Numbered from the whole stretch's first letter, positions 21,758 through 36,247 are shown. The stretch: 63,527 nt of DNA, filler included, from Octopus bimaculoides (GCF_001194135.2; 6 parts of 5 records of this genome joined end to end with filler, not necessarily neighbours in it); one strand, 5' to 3'. Made by a program: numbers and translations. The notes: generated from the letters alone by a model not told the origin.

Positions 21758-24396
21758 ATATATGTATATAGGGTCATTCTTTATGTTATTTGTCTTATTT
21801 GTCTTGTTTTCTATTTGTGTCTTTCATTGTTCAAAAAAATAATTCGTATTCCATGTACTCGTGCTTCATATTTTCTTGTTGTACACGTTTCATGCCCACA
21901 TATGCATATATATATATATATATATTATTTATATTATTATATGATTGAACGCCACGCATCCTCTTCCAAGTAAGTTTTATCTTAATAATTCTGATGCGCA
22001 CTCTATACAATCTTTTTACTCTTTCATTTTTCTCTCTTTCTCTCTCTTATTCTTTTATCTCCTCTTCTCCCACTATTCTATCCCATTACTCTGTCACTCT
22101 CTCTCCCTCACTCTTCCTCCCTTGCTCACATGGCTCCCACGTGACCATCAGCCATCTTTCTTTCTTGTCTAAAATTGTTTCTTTCTCTCCATTGTAGCTG
22201 GAATAAGGAAGACGTGTTCTTGTCTGTCTCCTGTCCGAGCTTGATTTACGCGTTCGCCACCACAACCTCATTTAGGCTTAGCAGCCCTTCCTGTTTGTTT
22301 TCACTGTCCTGTTTGTGTTATCAATTTTGACCCTCCGCAAAATCCCAAATTTTATTTAATTTGCTTTGCGGGAGCAACTGTTTTATTGAAAGCGCATATT
22401 GTTGTTAAATGCTCGAAATATGAGAGTAGAAAAACAGCCAACAACTGATGAAAGGTCGTTCTTTATGTTGTCTTGTTTTCCATTTGTGTCTTTCGTTGTT
22501 CAAAAAGATAGTTCATATTCCATGTACTTGCACTTCCTATTTTTTTATTGTACACATTTCGTGACATCCTATGCCCACATATGGATATATATATATATAT
22601 GTATAGATGTAAGTATGTACATATACGTATGTATATATGCATATATATATATATAGATATATATATTTCATTAAAGATATTCATTTTCCTTAAAGTTACG
22701 AGGACAAAAATTAGATCTTGTGAATTTTCCGAAGTCCTCTCCCCACCACCTTTACCCATTGCTTTCCGCACATTTTTGTTTTCATATTCGTTTCCCGCAC
22801 ATTTTTTTACACTTGTTGCACTATTTTTTTTTTTTTTTCGTTTCCGGGTAATATTGTAAACATTAACCCAAAGACTTTTTTTTAATTTCTCTTTTTTCCA
22901 AACCATCAATGTTATTTGCCTGTGACAATTTTTCCGCTTTCAATTTGTGACCATGACCCAAAAGAATTCTACTGAGAGTTTTTTTTAATCATATTCAGCA
23001 AGTTGCCAAGTATGAATTGTTTGAACTAATTCTACCTCCCAGAACTCATGAATAGAAGATATAAACAAAGTCTGGTATACTTACAGTACTTGTGTAACAA
23101 TAAATTAAATATAATTCTCTTTTATTTTCTGCTTAGCACCAGAAGAATAAATCTCTACCAGCATAAAGGATACAAATGATCTATGTTGAAAAGTGGTTCT
23201 CTCAATCTTTCATCAAATGGCATTTTACAAGCAGCTCCTCTTTCACCAAATGACATTTTACAAACAACTCCTCTTGTTTTGCAAAGAAAAATACATCATC
23301 ATCATCATCATTGTTTAAATTCTTTGCTTGTCCTGTGTATCACATGTGACACACAGAATCTATACCACTGGCATCCATGCATGATACCTAATAAACATTA
23401 GCAATTTTTTTTCAACCACCAGAATAACTTGGGATTTATGAAAGGGAAGCTTTATATTACTCAGAATATATGAAACAGGGCTAACTAAAAGTCCAAAAAC
23501 AAGCAAGGATGTTTAGCACAAATTTATGAAAATGCTTTGTTCAGGCAAAGGGTTAGTGCTTGCAAGGGTTGGATGGGGTTTACTGAGGCAGATTTTCTAC
23601 TGCCAGATGCTCTTCCTGTAGTGAACCCCCTCATCTGTTTCCAAGGAAGATAATACTTCCTCCATGGCGTCTTCAAGGAGTGCTTCTCCAAAGATATTAT
23701 GAATCGTATTTGCAAAGGGAGATTTGCAAAGGGAGATTTGTAATTTACTTTGTCTGTTGAGGATCTTTACAAGTATTTTGGAATTCTTCTTTTGTCAAGC
23801 TATAATAAACTACTCTGAAAAGCTATAATAAACTACCTTACTACAAATTTCATACTTGACAACTTAATAAATGGTTGTTTGAATCAGATCTAGCCTCCCA
23901 GTACATGTATATGTTACAATTATAGTTTGCATCATATATTTGGGAAGGGAGAATAGATTAAGGAGTACTTTGTGCCACACACGTTTTTTTGTTTAATCCT
24001 TATTTTGGTATATTTATGTGTGTATACATATGAATGTATATTATATAATAAAAATTTACATTCAAATATATAAGTTTTACTGTGAATGATATACAGATGC
24101 AATGAAAATGGATTGAAAGCCTCATTATAAAGAAACAAGTGACATAGAAAGTAGAAACATTTAGGATGTTCCTTATTCTTGGTATAATTTTCAGTTAACA
24201 AGTTAGCTTTAACAAATGTTTCAAATATCATCTTTGTCCAACTTTTGTAATATTCACCTATGCTATTCACAGAAGAAAAAGTGTATTCCAATTTTCAAAA
24301 ACATCCATTTTCTGCCTGTTATTAAAGGAAAGGTAATATCTAATGGAATAATGATTTCATACATTGTTTTGCACTTGTGTTAAGGTACAAAATAAT

Positions 24397-24612
24397 AGTT
24401 TCAGATTTTGGCACAACGCCGGCAATTTGAAGTGGTAGGAGTTAGTCAAGTACGTTATCCCCAGTGCTCAACTGGTACTTATTTTATTGGTCTGGAAAAG
24501 ATGACAGGCAAAGTCAACTTTGGCAAAATTCAAACTCAGAACATAAAGAGCCAGAAGAAATTCTACTAAGCATTCTGTCTCACATATTGATAATTCTGTG
24601 AGTTTGCCACCT
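24397..24612 (-). mobile_element. SINE family B (tRNA-related head)
   Basis: ccccagtgctcaactggtacttattttat...ggcaaagtcaac...gaactcagaac is homologous to the three copies at 50330-51060. Confidence 0.75.
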
Positions 24613-26397
24613 TAATACCATCAGCTTTCTACCTTTAATGAAATTGTTTTTTATGATAGATTTAATTCAACATTTAATGGTGCACATTTCAGTATTTAAA
24701 CTTCTTGTGTCTTTGTGTGTGGGATGGGGGTCACTTTATGCATACATTTACTGTAATATAGTATTTTCTATAAGTTCATTTTTGTCAGGTCCCATGAGTG
24801 CCAGATTAATGTGTTTCTACTGGATGTGAATGTGATTTTTTTCTAAAATAATGTACTGAAAATGGAAAATCAGTTGAACTTTTCAAGTCAATAACTTGGC
24901 AGAATCGTCTTTAATGAATCATTTTTGTGAAAGTGTCTATATCTTTTCACCATCTCTTTTAAATAAGCTAGTTGCCCTGCTAAATACTTGACTGTCAAAT
25001 AGAAATTGTTACTCATGTAATTGATATAGATTGATATTCTAGCATCATAAACATTGGTACCCACAGGCTTATCAGCTATGAATTGGATCCAACTTGAATT
25101 TTGTTGTGGGCAAGATAATGGCCACATATTTTTAAAAACTTATTTAGACCCTCTGACACATGAGTTTCATTCCAACCCGTAGTTAAGTATTGTAAAACAA
25201 TTCTTCTGTACCCTTTTATAGCTTGTATCCTTTTCCACTAAACGATATTTTACAAATGTCCTCTCCCCTTGTTTTGCCAAAAAGAAAAAAATACAAGATT
25301 ATTTTAATCAAAGAGAAATTGATTTACAGTGTTTTTTTTTCTACTATTCCATCCAGCATGTGTCTCTTCTTTTAGATATTTGCCTGGATAATTGCCTCCA
25401 TGTTAAAATATTTATGGAAATTATTAAAGGTGAGGATTTATATAATGAAATCATAATAGATCTTGCGTACTATCAGTCATGTTTCAACTCACTTATAATA
25501 CAATGTCCACCTCATTTTAATCCCAACAAAGATTGTTTTGAAAATGTGTTTAGAATATAAATATATGACTTGGTTTGTTCCTAATTTTATTCCTAAAATG
25601 TTCATGACCCCTCTAAACAATCAGCAGCATAACTACAGATGTGTAAGCCCCCATATTTGTTGCTCATAACTTCCAGAAAAATGGATACATTTTAACGAAA
25701 TTTTCAACAAATACCACTTAGATGCTGTGGATCCAAAGTATAGAGGGATTTATGGCAAAGAATTTTCCGAGAGGGTAGGGAGAGGAGTTTCAGAAAATTC
25801 ACACAAACTGACTTTTTCCCCTCGTAACTTTCAGGAAAATGGGTATCTTTTAATGAAATTTTAAACAAAAACCTTTCAAACAGCATAGGTTACGATTATA
25901 AAAAAAATTTGTGGAGAAATGTTTCCTGAGGGGGTGAGGAGAGGAGTTTCGAAAAAACAGAGTTTTGGATCAGGAAGATCAAATAAGTTTTGACAGGGAT
26001 CTTTCCCATTTGTTTTTAAACCACAGCCTTCGAAATTTTTTCTACAACTTCCCCCACCCTCATCATCCCACTCCAGACCAATTATGATCAATTTTTTTTG
26101 CACCATGGGAGAAACCTTTTCAGTAAAAAATACAAAAAAATTGTAAATATTTTCAGAGGAAAAAGTGAATGATTTAAGGGAGATTTGGCTGTCGTTTCTG
26201 GCACATCCTAAGACAACCCTCCTCGTTTCTTTCTCACTCTTGAATATATTGATGTTTTCCAATATTTTCTCCACATAAATACATTTATATGCTAGAAAAA
26301 AAAAATTTGAAAAATTATGATTTTTTTTTCAACCTCACTTCCTGCCCACGATTCTTTATGGTTTTCATCACTGTTTACAATTTTGTTCCAATTGCTT

Positions 26398-26497
26398 NNN
26401 NNNNNNNNNNNNNNNNNNNNNNNNNNNNNNNNNNNNNNNNNTTAATTAATTAANNNNNNNNNNNNNNNNNNNNNNNNNNNNNNNNNNNNNNNNNNNN
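26398..26497. other. Artificial scaffold-joining linker 2
   Basis: 44 N + TTAATTAATTAA + 44 N. Confidence 0.95.
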
Positions 26498-27057
26498 CCA
26501 CTCACGACTAGCTTGCGCGTTCGGGACCACGCTGCTTTAGTAGTACCGGGAAATGCAAAAGTAAGAAATATAAATGACATAGATTTTTAAAAATTAATTT
26601 TAAAGCTAAATTTAAGATAATCTGCTGGACTATAGAAAGCACTTTGTGAAATTCATGCAAAACATTTTTGAAGTTTTAAATTGAACAGTATAATACTCTC
26701 TAATGCATTTTATGAAACTAATAAAAGCATTAATTCTGTTGTATCATCGCCAACTGAACTCCGATAGATATGTTAAAAAATAGGGTTTTTATATAGATCC
26801 AGACCCGGTGGAAAAATTGAAAAAAAAAAAGATAGTGTAGTAGTAGTTGAAGTGCACCGTATATGAAGGAAAAAAATGTGGGGTGGGGAGGGGACTCGGA
26901 AAATTCACACAACCCGAACACTAAATCTGAACGTCCGGTCACAGGAGTGAAACAAAAATCATCTAATACCCTAACCCTAAGGTTAGGGTTAGGAACTAAC
27001 ACACATCTTAAGGTCTCGCACATCACCATTCTAAGTATCTACTGGCGTGATCTGTAA

Positions 27058-27355
27058 CACCCCAATGGTACTTATGGTGCATGAATTCTGACTTGTCTAT
27101 CTCTATGACAACATCCTTTCCCTCAAGTCTATGCACCACATGGCACAAATGTCCTGGAAATAATTTTACCAATTGACAATCGCTTCTGATGCAATCCCAA
27201 CTTTCATCACCACAGACTGTTTACAGCCCATTTTGGTCCAATAATATATTGAAGTAAGAAGCTACCTCATCGATAGACGGGCACCCGAATAAAAGATTTT
27301 TCTTTTAAACTGTGATGGCGCCCACAAGTCAAACATCTGCACATCACATCTTTGG
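27058..27355 (-). mobile_element. Merlin/IS1595-like DDE transposase fragment (decayed)
   Basis: KRKIFYSGARLSMR*LLTSIYYW...EAIVNW*NYFQDICAMWCID, then (frameshift) GKDVVIEIDKSEFMHHKYH, resembling the VEIDES.F..RKY.RG motif. The fragment runs into an N gap. Confidence 0.65.
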
Positions 27356-28412
27356 NNNNNNNNNNNNNNNNNNNNNNNNNNNNNNNNNNNNNNNNNNNNN
27401 NNNNNNNNNNNNNNNNNNNNNNNNNNNNNNNNNNNNNNNNNNNNNNNNNNNNNNNNNNNNNNNNNNNNNNNNNNNNNNNNNNNNNNNNNNNNNNNNNNNN
27501 NNNNNNNNNNNNNNNNNNNNNNNNNNNNNNNNNNNNNNNNNNNNNNNNNNNNNNNNNNNNNNNNNNNNNNNNNNNNNNNNNNNNNNNNNNNNNNNNNNNN
27601 NNNNNNNNNNNNNNNNNNNNNNNNNNNNNNNNNNNNNNNNNNNNNNNNNNNNNNNNNNNNNNNNNNNNNNNNNNNNNNNNNNNNNNNNNNNNNNNNNNNN
27701 NNNNNNNNNNNNNNNNNNNNNNNNNNNNNNNNNNNNNNNNNACCTCTGTGCCAAGTCATGAATAGAAATGGCTGAATCAACTGACTAACATCGATCTTCC
27801 AATCTAATGCAGGCATGTTGGGGCTTTTCCTAGAATTTACAAAGAAAGAAAGGCTGAAAACTGCTGTTTATATAAGCACAGAGTGGATCAAAAAGCATAG
27901 ACTTTTTGTTCCCACATTGGGAAGTTGAAACTTCCTGATAACTGGAACTAATCTGGCAAACCACTAGGACATGTGACTTGATGCTAAAGAAAAGAACTTG
28001 GTCATCAGAACTGACCAATAACTGGTGACACTGGTGAGCCAAATTAGTTGCATTTCATGTCCATTGTCCAGGCTTGCATGAGTTCGATAGTTTGACCAGA
28101 GCTAGCAAGCTGGGGGGCTGCAGCAGACATCCGTCTGATTTGTTCTGCTTTCTACAGGATGCTCTTTGCAGTGCCAACCACCTCATATTGTGCAGGGTGC
28201 TTTTATATGGCACTACATTGGCACTGCATGGCCACAAGTGCTTTTTGCCTCCAGAGGGATATGTCTTAACACTTATGGTATGGACTGCAGATCTTGAATG
28301 GAGCAAGTCACCAGGAATCTTGTTCATCTTCAGAACTTTATACCCTGTCTTTCTGGCTGTCCTACTTCCACATGTTCCATCTACTTTTAAAGATTAGCAC
28401 TTCTTTAAAGGT

Positions 28413-28700
28413 GGAGGCGCAATGGCCCAGTGGTTAGGGCAGCGGACTCGCGATCAGAGGATCACGGTTTCGATCCCCAGACCGGGCGTTGTGTGTGTTT
28501 ATTGAGCAAAAACACCTAAAACTACATAAGGCTCTGGCAGGGGGTGGTGGTGACCCTTGTTGTTCTCTTTCGCCCAAACTTTCTCTCACTGTTTCTTGAA
28601 TAATGCTGCAACGGTCTGGCATCCTGTCCAGTTGGGGGGGGGGGAACACATATGCCATAGAAACTGGGCCCATGAGCCTGGCTAGGCTTTAAAAGGGCGA
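28413..28700 (+). mobile_element. tRNA-derived SINE family C (Meta-domain-like central region)
   Basis: A box TGGCCCAGTGG and B-box-like GGTTTCGATCCC. The central region ctggcatcctgtccag...atgccatagaaactggg resembles the MetaSINE domain (from memory). Confidence 0.75.
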
Positions 28701-29299
28701 AGAGGAAGACTTCTTTATGGAGCTATTGTCATCCAGCTTAGTTGTTAAGATAAATGTTTATTTCTACAGATTATCTCAATAGAAATGAATCTGTATTTTT
28801 TCAGTAGCCTCTGCTTCTTACACTGTTGTTTCTCTATTATTTCAGAACATCAGAGGACATTGATGTAACAGAAGAGACCTCAATATCTACCATGTTTTAA
28901 AATCTGAAGGAAACTTTTATATGAAAACGATGTATTAGATTCTTTCAATGAATCTCTGGTAGAATTCCTGTGAAACGTTTGCTCTGAAATAATATTATTT
29001 GCAAAATTTGTGAACATCACTCATTGGAGTTGCAAGAAGAGGTGCCTGTTGGATTTAATTTATGGAAGTGTTGCTGAAGAAGGGTAACACTGGACAGAAA
29101 TAGAGCAGTAAAATTGTTTGTAAGATATAAAGTACAAGAACAAGAGGAAGAAAAATATATAAACTGGGATTTGAGAGAGAAAGTAATAGAAGAGTGAGAA
29201 AATTATATAATTGATTTCTTCTCAACACATGATAAAAGAGATAGGGTCATATGACTGATATCTGCAGAAAGTCCTTCTTTTAAAGAATATAACCTAATT

Positions 29300-30501
<1,202 letters not shown>

Positions 30502-30789
30502 TTTCTTGTTTGGTATATATTTTTAATATTCCTGTGTTTTGTGCTATGGAAAATATCACTAAAGTGTTTCAAAAATTTCTTTCTGTTTGAAAGGCCACTA
30601 AATGTGGAACATGACTGAGAGAGCCTTCCAGAACTGAACATGAGAGAGGGTCTAGGGAGTCTTGTTTGTGACATTTAAGAATATGAAGACTGAAAGCCCC
30701 TTGGTTCTCAGGAATTACATCTAAAATGCTTCAGATATGTAGCATATTAAGATACAGCCTTGTCACCATATAATTAATAAGGTCCAGGA

Positions 30790-31296
<507 letters not shown>

Positions 31297-32236
31297 TTTC
31301 CTGTTTGGTATATATTTTTAATATTCCTGTGTTTTGTGCAGTGGAAAATATGGCTAAGGTATTTCAAAAATTTTAATTTTTTTTTTTTTTTTTGCAATTT
31401 TCACCTCTCCTTCATCCTCAACATATTCCTGTCTATGATGTAGGGACTTCTATACCAAAACTTCTGATAACTCTACACATTATCCTTGAATATCACATGC
31501 TCATAATTACTGTATATTTATTGTTTGTTATCTTCAATACTTTACTCATAAAATATGTTATACAATAAATTTATTTAATATTGTAAAGTTTTCAGATATA
31601 TACTTCAATGATGGCCCTCCCAGTGCAAAACACAAGAGATCCCAAAGGAAGAACATGAGGTGTCTGTATATTTTAGTGTCCTACACCAGACTGATTTCTT
31701 GTTTGTTTCTCAAGAATAATTTGTTTTAATTAAACTTTGTACAGATGTTTTCAAGTGTCCGGATTAAGATTATTTTCATAAAATATCAGGAGACCACTGC
31801 AGGGAAGCTTCTGACAAATTTCAGTAACTGTTGGAAAGCCAACTAAAACACTGATTCCATTAATTCCTGGCAATATCTGAAGGAATCATTATATTATAAA
31901 ATAGTATATTAGACTATGAATACTTAAATTATTTATAAAAGTTATTATAGTCGATGGGCTTGTGTGTGCAAAATGAAAATAAAGTGAAAGATTTGAGGTC
32001 CAAATCTCTCTGCTATAATTTTGTTCCTGTTGCTAACTTTTTCTTTTTGTTGGTTTGTTTTATTTTTGTGGGTAATTTTATGATCATATTCATAGGTATG
32101 TTTTTATTTTAATTATTTTTTGTTGAAATGTATTAAATAAATACAGGCCCCCTAATTCAATTCTTGTTAGTCTGAATTGGGGAAGCCCCCTTTGGGTCTT
32201 GTAACTTGTATATTTTTCGGAATTTAAAAAATACTT

Positions 32237-32557
32237 AGAGTGGCTGTGAGGTAAGTAGCTTGCTTACCAACCACATGGTTCTGGGTTCAGTTCCACTGCG
32301 TGGCATCTTGGGCAAGTGTCTTCTACTATAGCCTCGGGCCGACCAAAGCCTTGTGAGTGGATTTGGTAGACAGAAACTGAAAGAAGCCTGTTGTATATAT
32401 ATGTGTGTTTGTGTGTCTGTGTTTGTCCCCCTAGCATTGCTTGACAACCAATGCTGGTGTGTTTATGTCCCCGTCATCTAGCGGTTCGGCAAAAGAGACT
32501 GATAGAATAAGTCCTGGGGTTGATTTGCTCGACCAAAGGTGGTGCTCCAGCATGGCC
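32237..32557 (+). mobile_element. SINE family A (tRNA-like head, CORE-like CTTGGGCAAGT motif)
   Basis: Many copies in the window; this one runs into an N gap. Confidence 0.9.
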
Positions 32558-33117
32558 NNNNNNNNNNNNNNNNNNNNNNNNNNNNNNNNNNNNNNNNNNN
32601 NNNNNNNNNNNNNNNNNNNNNNNNNNNNNNNNNNNNNNNNNNNNNNNNNNNNNNNNNNNNNNNNNNNNNNNNNNNNNNNNNNNNNNNNNNNNNNNNNNNN
32701 NNNNNNNNNNNNNNNNNNNNNNNNNNNNNNNNNNNNNNNNNNNNNNNNNNNNNNNNNNNNNNNNNNNNNNNNNNNNNNNNNNNNNNNNNNNNNNNNNNNN
32801 NNNNNNNNNNNNNNNNNNNNNNNNNNNNNNNNNNNNNNNNNNNNNNNNNNNNNNNNNNNNNNNNNNNNNNNNNNNNNNNNNNNNNNNNNNNNNNNNNNNN
32901 NNNNNNNNNNNNNNNNNNNNNNNNNNNNNNNNNNNNNNNNNNNNNNNNNNNNNNNNNNNNNNNNNNNNNNNNNNNNNNNNNNNNNNNNNNNNNNNNNNNN
33001 NNNNNNNNNNNNNNNNNNNNNNNNNNNNNNNNNNNNNNNNNNNNNNNNNNNNNNNNNNNNNNNNNNNNNNNNNNNNNNNNNNNNNNNNNNNNNNNNNNNN
33101 NNNNNNNNNNNNNNNNN

Positions 33118-33300
33118 GGACAGACACAAACATATACACATATACGACGGGCTTCTTTCAGTTTCCGTCTACCAAATCCACTCACAAGGCTTTGGTCGGC
33201 CCGAGGCTATAGTAGAAGACACTTGCCCAAGATGCCACGCAGTGGAACCGAACCCGGAACCATGTGGTTGGTAAGCAAGCTACTTACCTCACAGCCACTC
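33118..33300 (-). mobile_element. SINE family A, inverted partner of the 32237 copy
   Basis: Reverse complement is nearly identical to 32237-32430. Confidence 0.9.
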
Positions 33301-33315
33301 TAAGTATTTTTAAAA

Positions 33316-33408
33316 TTTGGTCGGCCCGAGGCTATAGTAGAAGACATTTGCAGCGGAACTGAACCCGGAACCATGTGGTTCGTAAGCAAGCTACTTACCA
33401 CACAGCCT
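33316..33408 (-). mobile_element. SINE family A 5' fragment with an internal deletion
   Basis: ttggtcggcccgaggctatagtagaagaca...gctacttaccacacagcc. Confidence 0.85.
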
Positions 33409-33853
33409 CTCAAAACGTATGTAATAGGTGTACGTACGTATGTTTTTGAGTGTGTTACTGAAAAGCTATTCACACATACATACATAAATAACCTCTCTCT
33501 CTCTCTCTCTCTTGTTCTGTCAATCACTCACTACAAAAAGTAAATAATTAAAAAAAAAATTCAATTATTTCCTCAGTCACACACCAGCACACCTTCACAT
33601 ACTTTCTGTCTGGCAAACCCCATTAACACACATCCCTTGCTATCGTCTCTTCACACACACCAAGCACACACATCAGTTACTCTCTCTCTCTCTGTCTCTT
33701 TCGCTATACGCCGACTTCAAAACATAAGTCCCCTGATTCCCCACATAAGTAAAAAAATAAATAATAATAATTATTTTTTACGGAAAGCGACGATCTTGTT
33801 CAGAAACAAACGCACGTGGATTAGAAATGACGTAAAATGTACTCAAAACGAAA

Positions 33854-33953
33854 NNNNNNNNNNNNNNNNNNNNNNNNNNNNNNNNNNNNNNNNNNNNTTA
33901 ATTAATTAANNNNNNNNNNNNNNNNNNNNNNNNNNNNNNNNNNNNNNNNNNNN
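33854..33953. other. Artificial scaffold-joining linker 3
   Basis: 44 N + TTAATTAATTAA + 44 N. Confidence 0.95.
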
Positions 33954-34272
33954 GTGGGGTTGTTGTAGGATTTTCGAGCGGGATCGTTGCTGGTGCCCCT
34001 GGGCTGGCTCTTGTGTGGGTGACACATGAGGTTTCTCGAGCGAGATGAGCGTGGCCGTTGCCAGTACCGCCTGACTGGCCTTCGTGCAGGTGACACGTAA
34101 AAGCACTCACGACACTCTCTGAGTGGTTGGCATTAGGAAGGGCATCCAGCTGTAGAAACTCTGCCAAATCAGATTGGAGCCTAGTGTAGCCATCTGGTTT
34201 CACCAGTCCTCAGTCAAATCGTCCAACCCATGCTAGCATGGAAAGCGGACGTTAAATGACGACGACGACGAT
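33954..34272 (+). mobile_element. RTE-tail element
   Basis: Same 3' UTR and tail as 21340-21757, ending in (GAC)n rather than (GAT)n. Confidence 0.85.
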
Positions 34273-34609
34273 ACCATGGGCTTCTTTCAGTTTCTGTCTA
34301 CCAAATTCATTGATAAGGCTTTGGTCAACCTGGAGCCATGCAGTGGAACTGAACCAAAGACCACATGGTTGGGGAGCAAGCTTCTTAACCACACAACCAC
34401 ATTTGCGTGTTAATGATTTAAAAATACTATTGATTGTAATGCCAATGGAAAAATGTCTGATTGTCAACCGTTTTCTTTTTATCTTTGCTTTTGTACCTTT
34501 TTGCAAATAAATCTCTGTCTTAGTTTAACTCCTTAAGAAATATAATAGTATATATTAGTGACAGAAGCAGATATAATACTGAGAGGTAATGCTAGAGGAA
34601 TTTGTAGTG

Positions 34610-34684
34610 GGTAGTTTAGCTTAATCGGTCAAAGCATTGTGACATGTAATCACGGGGATGTGAGTTCGAGTCCATAGCTAGCCA
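34610..34684 (+). pseudogene. tRNA-Thr(TGT)-like pseudogene or SINE head
   Basis: A box TAGCTTAATCGG; D stem GCTT/AAGC; anticodon arm TGTGA-CATGTAA-TCACG; B box GAGTTCGAGTCC. The T stem and acceptor stem each carry a 1-nt indel. Confidence 0.55.
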
Positions 34685-35756
34685 CCTACACTTTTCTCTG
34701 CAAAATAGGGGTAGTTTATCCTGTTCAGGCTATATTATTAGCATTATTCTGCGATTGAGAATTTTAAAAAATCACTTCTTTAACTTTCTAAAGACATCTC
34801 AATGCTTCTAAAAAGCAAACTTCGTTTGTTTATTTACGTTTGTCGTAATTTGAATTTAACATATGAGAGGTAATATTTATCCTCACTTAAACATAATATT
34901 ACTTTACTTGGAAACAGAGAGTATATCAGCCGAAATGTTGTGTTAACAACAAACAAGATGAGGACAAATATCCTGAGAGAAACTCTCATATTGGCTTTTG
35001 GTGCAAAATGTACTTTTGTTTATATTGTTAGCAGAGAGATAAATCTCTGTTATCTCTGGTGCTGAGACCACCAGATCATGTGATTTTGACCTTCATTGGT
35101 CACATCAATGATGGACATTCAACTACCAGAGGTAGCAGCGACTCATCTCTCCACCAGTGGTATATAGAAAAACAGTGCCAGAACAGGTGCTGGTGTCATG
35201 ATTAGCCAGTGAGCAGCATGTTAAAACATATATATTAGTGACAAAGGCAGTATTAATACCAAGTGGTAATATTTATCTCCACTTAAACATGGATCTTCTG
35301 CTAGAGTGAACTATATTGCAGTAGATACCATGAGAGAAACTGATATTGGCTCTTGGTGCAAAAAGCATTCTTGTTTATATAGCCAGTGGGGAGATAAACC
35401 CTCACCTCCAGCACCAAGATCACTAGATATTATTTCGATCTTCCGTGGTCCCATCAGTGATGAACTCTCAATTGCTAGAGATAGCAGTGGCCATAATAGT
35501 GCTGATTTCTCACATTGGCTCAAGGTTTCACATTTCTAGTTGACTGAATGAACTCAAGTATATGACTGGTATTTAATTTATCAACACCATTGAAATCAGA
35601 ATGTAGAGGAGTGTAAGTAACTATTGTAAGGCAATTCAATCCAGGACTCAATCATTTGTTCTATATTGTATGTACCAAGAGACAAAGGTTCAGTTCTAAC
35701 CATGACAATAGAGGACGTCTGTTCACCACATAACTTATTTAAAAAGTTATAGTTGC

Positions 35757-36175
35757 AGGCATGGCTGTGTGGTAAAGAAGTTTGCTTCCTAAGCACATTG
35801 TTTCAGGTTCAGTCTTAGTGCATAACACTTTGAGCTAGTGTCTTCTACTATAGCCCCCAGGTTGGCCAAAGCCTTGTGATTGAATTTGATAGATGGAAAC
35901 TGAAAGAAATTCATTATATTTATTTGTACAAATGAGTATGTGTATGTTTGTGTCTCCTTGTCTTGACATTACATGATGGTTGTAATTGGTTGTCACTGTC
36001 ATTCATTTCCTGTATTCTATGAAAACATATCTGGTGATGGGGAAATATTACCTTGCTTGGAAACATGGGTGCTAGTGACAGGAAGGGCATCTGGCAATAG
36101 AACATCTACTTCAATAAACTTTGTTTGACTCATACAAGAATGGAAAAGTGGATGTTAAAGCAATGATGATGATGA
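35757..36175 (+). mobile_element. Diverged SINE with a family A head and an RTE-type (GAT)n tail
   Basis: Head gctgtgtggtaa...cttctactatagc...gaaactgaaagaa; tail ggaagggcatctggc...atggaaaagtggatgttaa...gatgatgatg. Confidence 0.7.
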
Positions 36176-36247
36176 CAGTGATGACAAAAATACTGTTGTA
36201 AACAATGATGACATGCTATAACATTTGAGTTTTATCATTTTACATTA

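Noticed and set aside
27830-28400. Higher-complexity region with overlapping 70-107-aa ORFs
   Set aside because: No recognisable domain in any frame; possibly an old TE relic, but unsupported.
34921-34950. CAGCC-GAAA-TGTTGT-GTT hammerhead 3' half
   Set aside because: No CTGANGA or stem II 5' strand upstream; at best a truncated relic.
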